The position numbers and the translations under genes are program-made. A stretch of 64,000 nt of DNA from an uncultured Acidobacteriota bacterium (GTDB lineage Bacteria > Acidobacteriota > Vicinamibacteria > Fen-336), in NCBI GenBank assembly GCA_963720545.1, contig OY970399.1:256001-320000 (forward strand), given 5' to 3'. The first letter of the stretch is position 1; each line of letters begins with the position of its first letter. Below, one piece after another: positions 29,483 through 38,850 of this stretch. The notes under the pieces were generated by a model. It saw only the letters and a program-made list of their open reading frames with translations. It searched no databases and was not told where the DNA came from.

Positions 29483-29517
29483 GGGCCCTGGCTTCTGTGA
29501 GATTTGTGCCAGGGCCC
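29483..29517. repeat. 10-bp perfect inverted repeat downstream of cysN (possible terminator or operator; no U-tract)
   Basis: GGGCCCTGGC-15 nt-GCCAGGGCCC. Confidence 0.45.
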
Positions 29518-29536
29518 CGGGCCGCGGTGGGCCTTT

Positions 29537-30697
29537 TTAGGTCACCACCGCGACGCCGACGATCTTGCCCTTCTGCTTGATGGCCATGCGGCCGAGGGAC
29601 GAATGCGACACTTCCGCGACCAGTGGCGTCTCGAGCAGCAGGCGCACCTGGCCGACCTCGCCGATACCCGTCTCCCCGAGGGCCTCGAAGCGGCCCTTCG
29701 ACTCGGCGGTGCCGCACTCGATCATGACGTCAGGCGGCGTCGCCTCGAGGAAGATCACTGGCGCCGTCACTTCCGAGCGAGGGGTCGGCGGCTGCCCGGG
29801 AGGGCACAGCACGGCACCCCGCCCGAGATCGGCAGGATGCGGCTCCATCACCAGGCCGACGTTGTCGCCCTTGCGGGCTTCGGCCACCGGCTCGTTGCCG
29901 ACCATGATCTTCACTACCGTGGCGATCGTGCCGCCGGGCGCGATCGACACGCGGTCGCCCTGGCGCAACGCACCGCTCTCGATCCGGCCCACCACCAGCC
30001 CGTTGCCGCCGTTGCGCTTGTAGACGCCTTGCACCGGCAGGCGCAGCGGTTCGCCGTGGACTTCGTCGTGCGGCTCGATCGACTCCATCGCCTCGAACAG
30101 GGTCGGCCCCTTGTACCAGGGCATCTTGTCCGAACGCGTGACGATGTTGTCGCCGGTCTTCGCTGCGACCGGAATGAACGAGATCTTCTCGTGGCCGCCG
30201 CCGAACACCTCGATGACGCCGGCCTTCATCTTGTCGAAGGCAGCCTGCTCGTAACCGACCGCGTCCATCTTGTTGATGGCCACGATCAGCCGGCCGAGGC
30301 CGAGCCAGCGCGCGAGCCGCAGGTGCTGGCCGGTCTGCGCGCCGATGCCCTCCTTCGCCGAGGCGATGAGGATGCCGGCGTCGGCATGCGACGCGCCGGT
30401 GAGCATGTTCTTGATGAGCGTCTCATGCCCGGGAACGTCGATGCAGTCGTAGAGATACCGCTTGCCCTTGATCTGGGCGTGGATGACGTCGATCGTCATG
30501 CCGTCGCGGCGTTCTTCCTGGAACGCGTCGAGCAGGAACGCGTACTCGAACTCGAGACCCAGGGAGTCGGAAGTGGCCTTGGCCTCGCGGACCTTGTCTT
30601 CCATGACGCTGCCGGTGTCGCAGAGCAGCCGGCCGATGGTCGTTGACTTGCCGTGGTCCTTGTGGCCCAGCAGCGTGATGTGGAGCCGTTTCGCCAT
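29537..30697 (-). CDS. cysN: Sulfate adenylyltransferase subunit 1 (GTPase), without an APS-kinase domain
   Basis: GHKDHGKST, ERRDGMTID, DVPGH, NMLTGAS, NKMD; directly after cysD. Confidence 0.88.
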   Translation of the reverse strand: MAKRLHITLLGHKDHGKSTTIGRLLCDTGSVMEDKVREAKATSDSLGLEFEYAFLLDAFQEERRDGMTIDVIHAQIKGKRYLYDCIDVPGHETLIKNMLTGASHADAGILIASAKEGIGAQTGQHLRLARWLGLGRLIVAINKMDAVGYEQAAFDKMKAGVIEVFGGGHEKISFIPVAAKTGDNIVTRSDKMPWYKGPTLFEAMESIEPHDEVHGEPLRLPVQGVYKRNGGNGLVVGRIESGALRQGDRVSIAPGGTIATVVKIMVGNEPVAEARKGDNVGLVMEPHPADLGRGAVLCPPGQPPTPRSEVTAPVIFLEATPPDVMIECGTAESKGRFEALGETGIGEVGQVRLLLETPLVAEVSHSSLGRMAIKQKGKIVGVAVVT

Positions 30698-31480
30698 TTA
30701 CATGTACCCCAGGGCGCGCAGGCGCTGCATGACGCTTTCCTGCTCCTTGTCCTGCATGCGGCCGGCGCGCTCCGAAGTCTTGGTGGTGCGCAGGTCCTCG
30801 ATGATCTCCTCGATGGTCGACGCGTTCGAGTCGACGCCGACCGTGCACTGCGTGCAGCCGAGGCTGCGGTAGCGGATGCCGTCGCGCGCGAAGTACAACG
30901 GGTTCACCGGGATGTTCTCCTGCTGGATGTAGAGCCACATGTCGAGCTCGGTCCAGTGCAGAAGGGGATGGACGCGGGTGTGCGAGGCCTTCTCCTCCTG
31001 GGAGATGAAGTCCCAGATCTCGGCGGCCTGGTTCTTGTAGTCCCAGCGGAACTCCTCGTCGCGCGGCGAGAAGTAGCGCTCCTTGCCGCGGATGCCGTGC
31101 TCGTCGCGGCGGATCGAGACGAACAGCGCGTCGAACTTGCGCTCGTCGAGCAGCTTCTTCAGCGCGTCCGTCTTGTTGGCGCCGCAGCAGCGGATTCCCG
31201 AAATGTCGTCCTTGATGATGCTCGGCACCGCGAGGACGTCGAGGTTCCATTCCTTGCCGAGCCGCTCGCGCAGCTCGTACGTCTCGGGGAAGTCGATGCC
31301 GTTGTCGATGTGGATCAGGGGAAAGGGCACCTCGCCAAAAAACGCCTTGCGCGCCAGGGCGACGAGCACGGTCGAATCCTTGCCGGTGCTCCACAGGGCC
31401 GCGAGGTTCTTGAACTTCGCGTTCGTCTCCCTGATCACGTAGATGCTGCGTTCTTCCAGTTCCTTCAAATGCTCGCTCAT
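30698..31480 (-). CDS. cysD: Sulfate adenylyltransferase subunit 2
   Basis: WSTGKDS PP-loop, RRDE..R.KER.FSPR, RVHPLLHWTE, YRSLGC. Confidence 0.93.
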   Translation of the reverse strand: MSEHLKELEERSIYVIRETNAKFKNLAALWSTGKDSTVLVALARKAFFGEVPFPLIHIDNGIDFPETYELRERLGKEWNLDVLAVPSIIKDDISGIRCCGANKTDALKKLLDERKFDALFVSIRRDEHGIRGKERYFSPRDEEFRWDYKNQAAEIWDFISQEEKASHTRVHPLLHWTELDMWLYIQQENIPVNPLYFARDGIRYRSLGCTQCTVGVDSNASTIEEIIEDLRTTKTSERAGRMQDKEQESVMQRLRALGYM

Positions 31481-31548
31481 TGCTCTCCTCGTGCTTCTGG
31501 TATCAGGTCAGCTGTTATGAAAGCCGTACATCCCACAATAGAACGCAC

Positions 31549-33036
31549 TTACGATTCCTGCACGGGCCGCAGCCTGAAAGTGCCCGCCACACGGGCCAGC
31601 TCCCGGCGGCTGAAGGTGCCGAGAACGCCCAGAAGAATTACGTAGACGATGAGTCCGAAGAGGCCGCCGAGCGCCACGACCGGCAGCGGCTGGTCGCGCA
31701 CCAGGTAGCAGACGGCGCCGAAGCCGGCGCCGGCGATGAGCGGCCGCCACAGGAGCCCAAGGCTCGCGAGGCCGCCGCCCAGGCGGCCGATGACCACGAT
31801 GCCGGCGATGAACAAGGCGAACTCGGAGGCCACGCTCGCGATGGCCGCGCCGCGGAAGCCGAGGCTCGGGATGAGTGCGAGGTCGAGCGCCACGTTCACG
31901 AGCAAGGAGATCCCGACGCAGGCAGTGTACGTGCGCAGGTGGCCGAGGCCGGTGAAGAGATACCGGTAGATGGAGGTCGCAAGCAGCAGCAGCGGCACCG
32001 GCGCCAGGATCTCGAGGGCGGCGGATGCCGGCAGGTACGCAGCACCGAAGAACAGCTTGAGGATACGGTGCGACAGCGTCAGCAGCACGTAGGCCGCCGG
32101 ACAGCCGAGGACGTAGAGGATCTTGAGCCCGCGCGCGTGCAGGGCGAAGAGCTCCGAAGTGGAGCGGCGCGCGAGCCGCGAGAAGCCGGGGAAGAGCGGC
32201 AGCACCATGTTGTCGGCGAGCGGCTTCATCGCCTCGATGAACTTGTAGGCGATGCTGAACAGGCCGACCGCGATCGGGCCGCCCATGGCGGTGAGCAGCA
32301 GCCGGTCCACCTGCCAGGTGAGCCGGCGCAGCACCTCGCCGACGCCGAGCGGGAACGACTCGCGCAGCAGCCGCCAGGCGGCGGGCAGGTCGCGGCTGAG
32401 GCGGGTGACGCCGTGGCTGCGCGCCACCAGTATCCGGAAGTAGAGGAACAGCACGAAGTTCGCGAGCAGCACCGCGCCGAACACGCCGCGCAGGCCCCAC
32501 GCGGTGCGCACCACCACGGCCATCGCCGCCAGCATCACCAGCTTGTGCAGCGCAAAGCCGAGGATGTCGCTCGCCATCCGGTCCTGGGCACGCAGCACCG
32601 CGCTATAGCCGAGCCCGAAGAAGGTGGCGAGCACCGCCACCCCGGCAATGCAGAGCGAGTCGCGCACCTCCGTGCTCACCGGCATCGCGTACGCGGCCGC
32701 GACGATGCCCGCGAGGCTCACGACCGACATGATGACGAGCAGCGTGCGCGCGATCGACAGGCGCTCCTTGAGGGAGCCAGGATCGACCGCGAGGTCGCGC
32801 ACCACCACGTTGCGCACGCCCATGTCGGCGAGCAGCTGGAAGACGCCCGCCACTGCCATGATGAAGGTGTAGTTGCCGAAGCCCGCGACGCCGAGATAGC
32901 GCGCCGCCAGCACCACGGCGGCGAACTGCAGGAGCGCCCCGCCCACGTAGCCCACCGAACGCAGCACGGAGTTGCGGGCGATGCGCTCGCCGCTCTCCAT
33001 GGCGGTCCCGGGGACTTCGATGACCGGATCGCCCAA
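31549..33036 (-). CDS. Wzx-like polysaccharide/oligosaccharide flippase
   Basis: Multi-TM MOP-family protein; ARYLGVAGFG, DMG, D.LL...VGLF..A, LIPSLGFRGAAIAS. Confidence 0.88.
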   Translation of the reverse strand: MGDPVIEVPGTAMESGERIARNSVLRSVGYVGGALLQFAAVVLAARYLGVAGFGNYTFIMAVAGVFQLLADMGVRNVVVRDLAVDPGSLKERLSIARTLLVIMSVVSLAGIVAAAYAMPVSTEVRDSLCIAGVAVLATFFGLGYSAVLRAQDRMASDILGFALHKLVMLAAMAVVVRTAWGLRGVFGAVLLANFVLFLYFRILVARSHGVTRLSRDLPAAWRLLRESFPLGVGEVLRRLTWQVDRLLLTAMGGPIAVGLFSIAYKFIEAMKPLADNMVLPLFPGFSRLARRSTSELFALHARGLKILYVLGCPAAYVLLTLSHRILKLFFGAAYLPASAALEILAPVPLLLLATSIYRYLFTGLGHLRTYTACVGISLLVNVALDLALIPSLGFRGAAIASVASEFALFIAGIVVIGRLGGGLASLGLLWRPLIAGAGFGAVCYLVRDQPLPVVALGGLFGLIVYVILLGVLGTFSRRELARVAGTFRLRPVQES

Positions 33037-33042
33037 GACTCG

Positions 33043-34788
33043 CTACTCCACGTACCCGAGGTCCTGCAGGCGCTTGCGCACGGCTTCCTGCTCCTCGTCG
33101 CTGTACTCGCCGCCCTCGCCGAACTCCGCTGCCTGCTCCGGACCGCCGCCAGACTGCTGGATGCGCTCGCCGCGCACGAAGTCGTCACGGAAGAGCGACG
33201 TCAGCACCCGGCCATCCATGTCCTCGGGCACCGGCAGCCCGAGGGCATAGAGCACCGAAGGCGCTATGTCGACGATGTTGGGCGCGAGCGACGGGCCGTT
33301 CACGAGTCCCGGCTTCACGAGCGGTCCGTTCGCCACCAGGATGCCGTCGTCGCGGTGGTCGCCCGACTTGGCGCTCGCCCGTTCCTTGTCGTTCACCACC
33401 GCCACCAGCGGCCGTGGGTTGCCCGGCGAGGTGATGCCGAAGAGGTACGAATAGTCGCCATCGAGGTTCCACTCGGGGATGAGGTCGGGAAACCGGTCGA
33501 GGTGCGGCCCGCTGTAGAGCTCGTTGCGGCGATGCACCTTCTTGATGAGAGCCCCGCCGTGCACCGGGTCGCGCCACGTCAGGAGCCGCGCCGCGATCTC
33601 GTCGCACAGGCGGTCGTACTCGGCCCCGGCCTCGACCGTCCCCTCCGGGTCGCGCCCACGCACGTTGATCCAGATGGTGGGGTAGTACGGGGTCTCCTCG
33701 GAGTAGGCCGAGGTCCTGCTCCAGTCGAGGCCGGAGAAGCGCAGCTGCGACTCGACCTTGTGGCCGAGCTTGGTGCGACGGAACAGCATCTGGCGGTACT
33801 TGAGCGGGATGAGGTTCTTGCGCGCGATCTTCTTGGCGAAGGCGAGCGCCGCCACCCGTGTGCGCCGCCCCAGGCTGCGGTTGAAGTGCAGGAAGCCCTG
33901 CTCCTCGAGCCAGGCGTTGAGGCGCACGATCTTGTTGCCGTTGCCGGCGTGGCCGTGGTCGGACATCACGAAAACCGTGGTGTCGTCGCCGATCATGGCG
34001 CGCAGCTTGCCGATGTGGCCGTCGATGCGCTCGTAGATGCGCTGCACCGGGCTCACGCCGGTATAGGAGCGCGACGCCTCGTTGCCCATGGGCGACACCC
34101 TGTCGTGGAAGTGCCACAGGCGGTGCGAGATCGCGTCGGTCTCGCCGACCGTGATCATGAACAGGTCCCAGGGCTCCTTGCCGTAGAGGTACTGGGCGGT
34201 CTGCATCTTGCGGTCCACGGAGACGTACGCGGCTTCCACCACCTCGTCGGCCGACGCGCTCGCCGCATGGCCCTTGAGGCTCGGCGAAACCAGGTAGCCG
34301 CCGAGCTTTTCCATGAGCTCGGCATGCAGCTCCGGCGGGTACATACCGGTGGGCTCCGCCAGGCCGCCGGCGATTCCGGGAGTGTCAATGCCCGCGATCT
34401 GCACGCCGTTCAGCTTCTCCGGCGGGAAGCTCATCGGCACGCCGATCGCGCACACGCGCAAGCCGGCGTCGCTCGCGAGGCGCCACAGCGTCGTCGCCTT
34501 GCGGAAGCGTGCGTTCACGAACTCGACCTCGTAGCTGCCCGGCTTGCGCGCAGTGAAGTCGGGGACGCCGTGCTTGCCGGGGTTCTTGCCGGTCATGAAC
34601 GAGGTCCAGGCCTGCGGCGACATCGGCGGGTAGGTGGAGCGCAGGCGCGCGTGGGCGCCGCCCTTGACGAGCGCAGCAAGGTTTGGCAGCAGGCCCTGGT
34701 CGAAGAGCGGCTGCAGCACTTCCCAGTCGGTGCCGTCCAGCCCGAAGATGAAGACCCGCCGCTTTGCGGTTGACGTTGACACTCTCAC
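33043..34788 (-). CDS. Alkaline phosphatase superfamily protein with C-terminal RLxxLGY tail
   Basis: GLDG, PPMSPQAWTSFMTGKNPGKHG, TDAISH, SDHG, GDH; ends RKRLQDLGYVE. Confidence 0.88.
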   Translation of the reverse strand: MRVSTSTAKRRVFIFGLDGTDWEVLQPLFDQGLLPNLAALVKGGAHARLRSTYPPMSPQAWTSFMTGKNPGKHGVPDFTARKPGSYEVEFVNARFRKATTLWRLASDAGLRVCAIGVPMSFPPEKLNGVQIAGIDTPGIAGGLAEPTGMYPPELHAELMEKLGGYLVSPSLKGHAASASADEVVEAAYVSVDRKMQTAQYLYGKEPWDLFMITVGETDAISHRLWHFHDRVSPMGNEASRSYTGVSPVQRIYERIDGHIGKLRAMIGDDTTVFVMSDHGHAGNGNKIVRLNAWLEEQGFLHFNRSLGRRTRVAALAFAKKIARKNLIPLKYRQMLFRRTKLGHKVESQLRFSGLDWSRTSAYSEETPYYPTIWINVRGRDPEGTVEAGAEYDRLCDEIAARLLTWRDPVHGGALIKKVHRRNELYSGPHLDRFPDLIPEWNLDGDYSYLFGITSPGNPRPLVAVVNDKERASAKSGDHRDDGILVANGPLVKPGLVNGPSLAPNIVDIAPSVLYALGLPVPEDMDGRVLTSLFRDDFVRGERIQQSGGGPEQAAEFGEGGEYSDEEQEAVRKRLQDLGYVE

Positions 34789-34791
34789 TCC

Positions 34792-36504
34792 CTACTCGAT
34801 GTACCCGAGACCGCGAAGGCGCTCGGCGACCTGGTCAGATTCGTCCTCGGAGTACGTCCTCTCGGTCCGCTTGCTGGAGTCGCCGCTGCCTGAGTCCCGG
34901 CGGGCAGGCAAGCCGTGGCGCGCGGTGTGCTCTTCGGTGAACGCCTCGAGCAGGACGCGGCCGTCGATGTCCTCGGGGACCGGCTGTCCGAGCAGGTAGA
35001 GGAGAGTCGGGGTCACATCGGTGATCTCGGAGTCGAGCGTCAGGCCGCGGCGGAACGACTTGCCGTGGAAGAGATAGATGCCGTCCATCGCATGCACGCC
35101 GCTCCATTCGCCGGCCGCAATCGGCTGGCCGCCGCGGTACTCGACGGCGGCCCGGGAATCGGAGCTTTGCTTGGCGACGAAAGACACACCCTCCCACCAC
35201 GCGAGACTAAGGTCGGGCGCCTGCGCCAGTTGTGATCCGTGATACGCCTCTTCCTTGCGCAGCACCCTGGTGATGAGGCGCTGCCCGGTGACCGGATCCT
35301 TGAGTTCGTAGAGCTTCGCGGTGATCAGGTCGAGGAGCTCCTCGTACTCGGCGCCGTCCGCAACGATGCCGTCCGGATGCACGCCCTTGCGGTTGATCCA
35401 GATGCCGGGCGGAAAGGTCAGCACCTCGTAGCAGAAGGCGCGGGTGTTTTTCCAGTCGACGTCGGCGAAGCCGCCGTACTGCGATTCCCACTTGCGGCGC
35501 AGCGACGGGAAGCGGTCGGCGATGCGCGCCTTCCACTGCGGCGGCAGGCTCTCGCGCAGCAGCTTGTCGACCACCTTCATCGCCGGGCGCGCGGCGCCCG
35601 ACAGCGACTTGCCCGAGCGGCGCAGGAGGCCGAGGTCCTCGAGGTAGCGGTTGAGGTGCACCACCCGGCCGCTCGAAGCGTGGAAGCCGTGGTCCGACAT
35701 CAGCACCAGCGTGCCGTCCTCGGCGAGCCCGTTCATCAGCCGCGCGATTGCGTGGTCCATGCGCAGGTAGACGTCGAAGATCGCGTCCTTGTAGCGCGCC
35801 GCGCCTGCACCGTCGAACTGCGGATGGCTCTCGTCCATGTAGTGGTAGAAGAAGTGCTGCACCGTGTCGGTCGAGGTGAACACCACCATCGCGACGTCGG
35901 TGGGATGCGCGGCGAGCAGGTACTCGGTCATGCGCACGTAGTGATCGTCGGCTTCGCGAAGCGTCTCGATCACCGAGTCGCGGCGCTCGTCGGTCTTGAG
36001 GAAGCCGAGGTAGCGGATCTGCTTGCTGACGCGGTCGAACTTCGTAGCGAGCTCGGCGTAGAGCTCCGGCGGATGGGTGATCGCCGTGCTGCCTTCGGGC
36101 GAGTCCATCCCCGAGATCATGTAGCCGTTCACCGGGTCGGGCGGGTAGGTCATCGGCACGTTGATCGAGCCCACCCGCAAGGACGCGGCGCTCAGGATCT
36201 CCCACAGGGTGCGGCCGACGCGCGAACGCGCATTCGCGTAACGGATCTTGTAGGAACCCGGCTGCGGCTCGACGAAGTTGTAGAGGCCGTGCTTGCCGGG
36301 GTTCTTGCCGGTCATGAAGGATGTCCAGGCAGGGGCAGTGATCGGCGGGATGCTCGAGCGCAGCGCCCCGTGGACGCCCTCCTTCATCAGGCGGGCGAAG
36401 GTGGGCAGCCTCCCGGCTTCCGCCCAGGGCCGGATGTTGTCGAAGGTGGCACCATCGAGCCCGATGATGAGCACCTTTGGCTTATCGGAGGCGCTTGCGG
36501 TCAA
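34792..36504 (-). CDS. Alkaline phosphatase superfamily protein with C-terminal RLxxLGY tail
   Basis: GLDG, PPITAPAWTSFMTGKNPGKHG, TDTVQH, SDHG, GVH; ends ERLRGLGYIE; TTG start with AGGAG RBS. Confidence 0.88.
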   Translation of the reverse strand: MTASASDKPKVLIIGLDGATFDNIRPWAEAGRLPTFARLMKEGVHGALRSSIPPITAPAWTSFMTGKNPGKHGLYNFVEPQPGSYKIRYANARSRVGRTLWEILSAASLRVGSINVPMTYPPDPVNGYMISGMDSPEGSTAITHPPELYAELATKFDRVSKQIRYLGFLKTDERRDSVIETLREADDHYVRMTEYLLAAHPTDVAMVVFTSTDTVQHFFYHYMDESHPQFDGAGAARYKDAIFDVYLRMDHAIARLMNGLAEDGTLVLMSDHGFHASSGRVVHLNRYLEDLGLLRRSGKSLSGAARPAMKVVDKLLRESLPPQWKARIADRFPSLRRKWESQYGGFADVDWKNTRAFCYEVLTFPPGIWINRKGVHPDGIVADGAEYEELLDLITAKLYELKDPVTGQRLITRVLRKEEAYHGSQLAQAPDLSLAWWEGVSFVAKQSSDSRAAVEYRGGQPIAAGEWSGVHAMDGIYLFHGKSFRRGLTLDSEITDVTPTLLYLLGQPVPEDIDGRVLLEAFTEEHTARHGLPARRDSGSGDSSKRTERTYSEDESDQVAERLRGLGYIE

Positions 36505-36655
36505 AAGTTGATAACTCCTTAGTCACAATGACAGCATTGGAAAACAGCCGCAAGCAAATTCCTGGGTGGCCGCGGGGGGGAACTGAAAGCGCGGTGTAGG
36601 GAGCCTAACCCTCAGTCTTCCAACGTTCAAGCGGCCTCACAGCCTTTGGCATTTT

Positions 36656-37864
36656 TTACTGGACCATCCGTTCGTAAACCGCGACGGTCCGGTCCGTGAG
36701 AGCCGGCCACGCGTACTGCTCGTGAATCCACTGCCTGCCGTTTTTCGCGAGGCGCGCACCGCGGGCCCGGTCGACGAGCAGCAACGCGATCGCCTCGCCA
36801 AGCGCCCGCCAGTCGCCGTCCGGCGCCAGCAGCGCGTTCTCGTCGTGGCGCAGCCCCTTTGCCGAACCTTCGAAGACCGCCACCGGCGTGCCGGCCGCGA
36901 GGTAGTTGAGCAGCTTGACCGGAAAACCGGGGCACGATGGCCGCGGCACCACGGCGGCGTCGGCGGCGGCGAGCCACGGCGGAATCTCCGCGAACGACTC
37001 GCTCACGACGATCTCGAGTGCGTCCGCGATACCGAGCTCGCGCGCCTGGCGCTTCACGGCCTCGAGCTGCTCCTCCTTGACGGCGTTCGCCACCAGCAGC
37101 AGCCGCGTGTCCGGAACCCGCGCCCGCACCACGGTCATCGCCTGCAGCAGGTAGTCGATGCGCTGCAGGCCGTCGAGGCAGCCGGTGTAGATGACAAGGG
37201 GCTCGCTGCCGCCGTGCAGCCGCTGGCGCGCGGCGTCGCGATCGACGCGCTCGAAGATGCCGGGATCGATGCCGAGCGGAATGACGTGCAGCCGGTCCGC
37301 CGGCACGCCGCGCGCGCTCAGGAAGCGCGCCAGATCGTCGGAAATCGCGACCGTGACGTCGGGCAGCCGCGGCACGAACCAGTCGAGGAAGCGCGCCAGC
37401 GCGTTCGCCATCGGCCGCGGCAGGAAACCGTAAGAGCCGAGCTCGTCGCTCATCGTGTTGCACGCGTTGTAGAGGAGCGGCCGGCCGGTGAGCAGCTTGC
37501 CCAGCCAGCCGACGAGGGCGCCTTCGTAATTGTGGGCGTGGATGAGGTCGATGCGGTGCTTGCGGATGACGCGCCACAGGGTGAAGACCATCTGCAGGTC
37601 CTGGAGCGGCTTGGCCCATGTCGGACCGACCACCACCTTGCGGCCCAGCCCGAGATCGCCGATGCGGTGGATCGCGACGCCCGCGGGTTCCGGCCCCTCG
37701 CCGAAGTGGTAGGTGACGACGTGCACTTCATGGCCGCGCGCGGCGATAGCCGCAGCCATCTCGCGGATGCTGCCCGGTGTGCCATGGTTGGCGGGGAAGG
37801 GGCTCGCCACCGTCATCGCGATCCTGAGTGCGCGTGCGGCCGGTTCCCTTACCTCATGCCTCAT
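36656..37864 (-). CDS. Glycosyltransferase family 4 (GT-B)
   Basis: GHEVHVVT, HAHNYEG, IPLGID, GFPVKLLNYLAAGTPV. Confidence 0.9.
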   Translation of the reverse strand: MRHEVREPAARALRIAMTVASPFPANHGTPGSIREMAAAIAARGHEVHVVTYHFGEGPEPAGVAIHRIGDLGLGRKVVVGPTWAKPLQDLQMVFTLWRVIRKHRIDLIHAHNYEGALVGWLGKLLTGRPLLYNACNTMSDELGSYGFLPRPMANALARFLDWFVPRLPDVTVAISDDLARFLSARGVPADRLHVIPLGIDPGIFERVDRDAARQRLHGGSEPLVIYTGCLDGLQRIDYLLQAMTVVRARVPDTRLLLVANAVKEEQLEAVKRQARELGIADALEIVVSESFAEIPPWLAAADAAVVPRPSCPGFPVKLLNYLAAGTPVAVFEGSAKGLRHDENALLAPDGDWRALGEAIALLLVDRARGARLAKNGRQWIHEQYAWPALTDRTVAVYERMVQ

Positions 37865-38765
37865 CGACGACGTGCTTCGACAGCCGCTTTTCGCCCGTGG
37901 CCGGCGCGCCTGGGGGGGTCTCGCTGACCACCCAGCGCTGGCGGCGGTCCTCGAAGTTGATCGGCAGCCGCACCCGGCGGCGCTCCTCGAGGCGTTTCGC
38001 CGCGAACTCGCCGCGCGTCTCGTCCCGGCGGCGCTCGTGGTTCACCACCACCGGCTTCACGGTGGCGAGCTTGGCGCGCAGCCGCACCAGCTCGCGAAAC
38101 GCCTTGACGATGACGCGCAGGTTGGCGCCCGTCGACTTGCCAACGACGCGCGGAAAGTGCGTGACCGGAACTTCCTTGACGAGGAAGCCCTTGCGGATCA
38201 GCTGCACCAGGATGTCGGTGTTGACCATCGCGCCGACCGCGTCGATGCGCACCGAGTCGAACACCGAGGCGCGGAACATCTTGAAGGCGCAGTCGATGTC
38301 GCGCACCCGCAGGCCCAGAACCAGGCGCACCAGGACGTTCCAGCCGAGCGCGTTCACCTTGCGGTGCAGCCGGTCGTTGCGCTTCTCACGGTAGCCGATG
38401 ACGGCGTCGTACTGCTCGACCCAGAGGAGCAGCAGAGGCAGCTCGGCAAGGTGGAACTGCAGGTCCGAGTCGGAAAAGAAGATCAGGTTCTTGCTGGCCC
38501 GCTCGATACCCGACTTGAGGGCGGCGCCGTAGCCACGGTTGCCATTGCGGTGGTGGATCGGCACAACGCGTTTGTCGCTCGCGGCGATCGCGTCGACGAC
38601 GGCAGCGGTCTGGTCGCTGCTGCCGTCGTTGACGACGATGATCTCCCAGTCCTCGGTCAGCCCGCGCAGGCAGTCGTTCGCCTGCTGGATGGCCTGGGCT
38701 ACGTTTCCCTGCTCGTTGTAGGCAGGAAAGACGACGGAAATGCTCTGCCGACTGATGAGTGCCAT
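37854..38765 (-). CDS. Glycosyltransferase family 2 (polyprenyl-phosphate glycosyltransferase/DPM-synthase-like)
   Basis: PAYNE, VNDGSSD, NRGYGAALKSG, DSDLQ, DIDCAFK. Confidence 0.9.
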   Translation of the reverse strand: MALISRQSISVVFPAYNEQGNVAQAIQQANDCLRGLTEDWEIIVVNDGSSDQTAAVVDAIAASDKRVVPIHHRNGNRGYGAALKSGIERASKNLIFFSDSDLQFHLAELPLLLLWVEQYDAVIGYREKRNDRLHRKVNALGWNVLVRLVLGLRVRDIDCAFKMFRASVFDSVRIDAVGAMVNTDILVQLIRKGFLVKEVPVTHFPRVVGKSTGANLRVIVKAFRELVRLRAKLATVKPVVVNHERRRDETRGEFAAKRLEERRRVRLPINFEDRRQRWVVSETPPGAPATGEKRLSKHVVDEA

Positions 38766-38850
38766 GTTATGAACGCCCGCCTAGATCTGGAGGAATAAAG
38801 GTGCTGCAAATGACTAAACATCTGGAGTATCGGAAGTTGTCTCCAGCTTG

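Noticed and set aside
29537..30697. EF-Tu/EF-1alpha or SelB assignment
   Set aside because: It directly follows cysD and its motifs fit CysN.
31480..34773. 1097-aa plus-strand ORF, and similar long ORFs at 40239-43169, 7306-9570 and 1859-3781
   Set aside because: Antisense shadows of well-supported minus-strand genes; expected in high-GC DNA, and they show no motifs.
36505..36655. Possible riboswitch or small RNA in the 150-nt spacer before the AP/flippase/cysDN genes
   Set aside because: I could not recognise any known aptamer consensus or small ORF; an Rfam/Infernal search would be needed.
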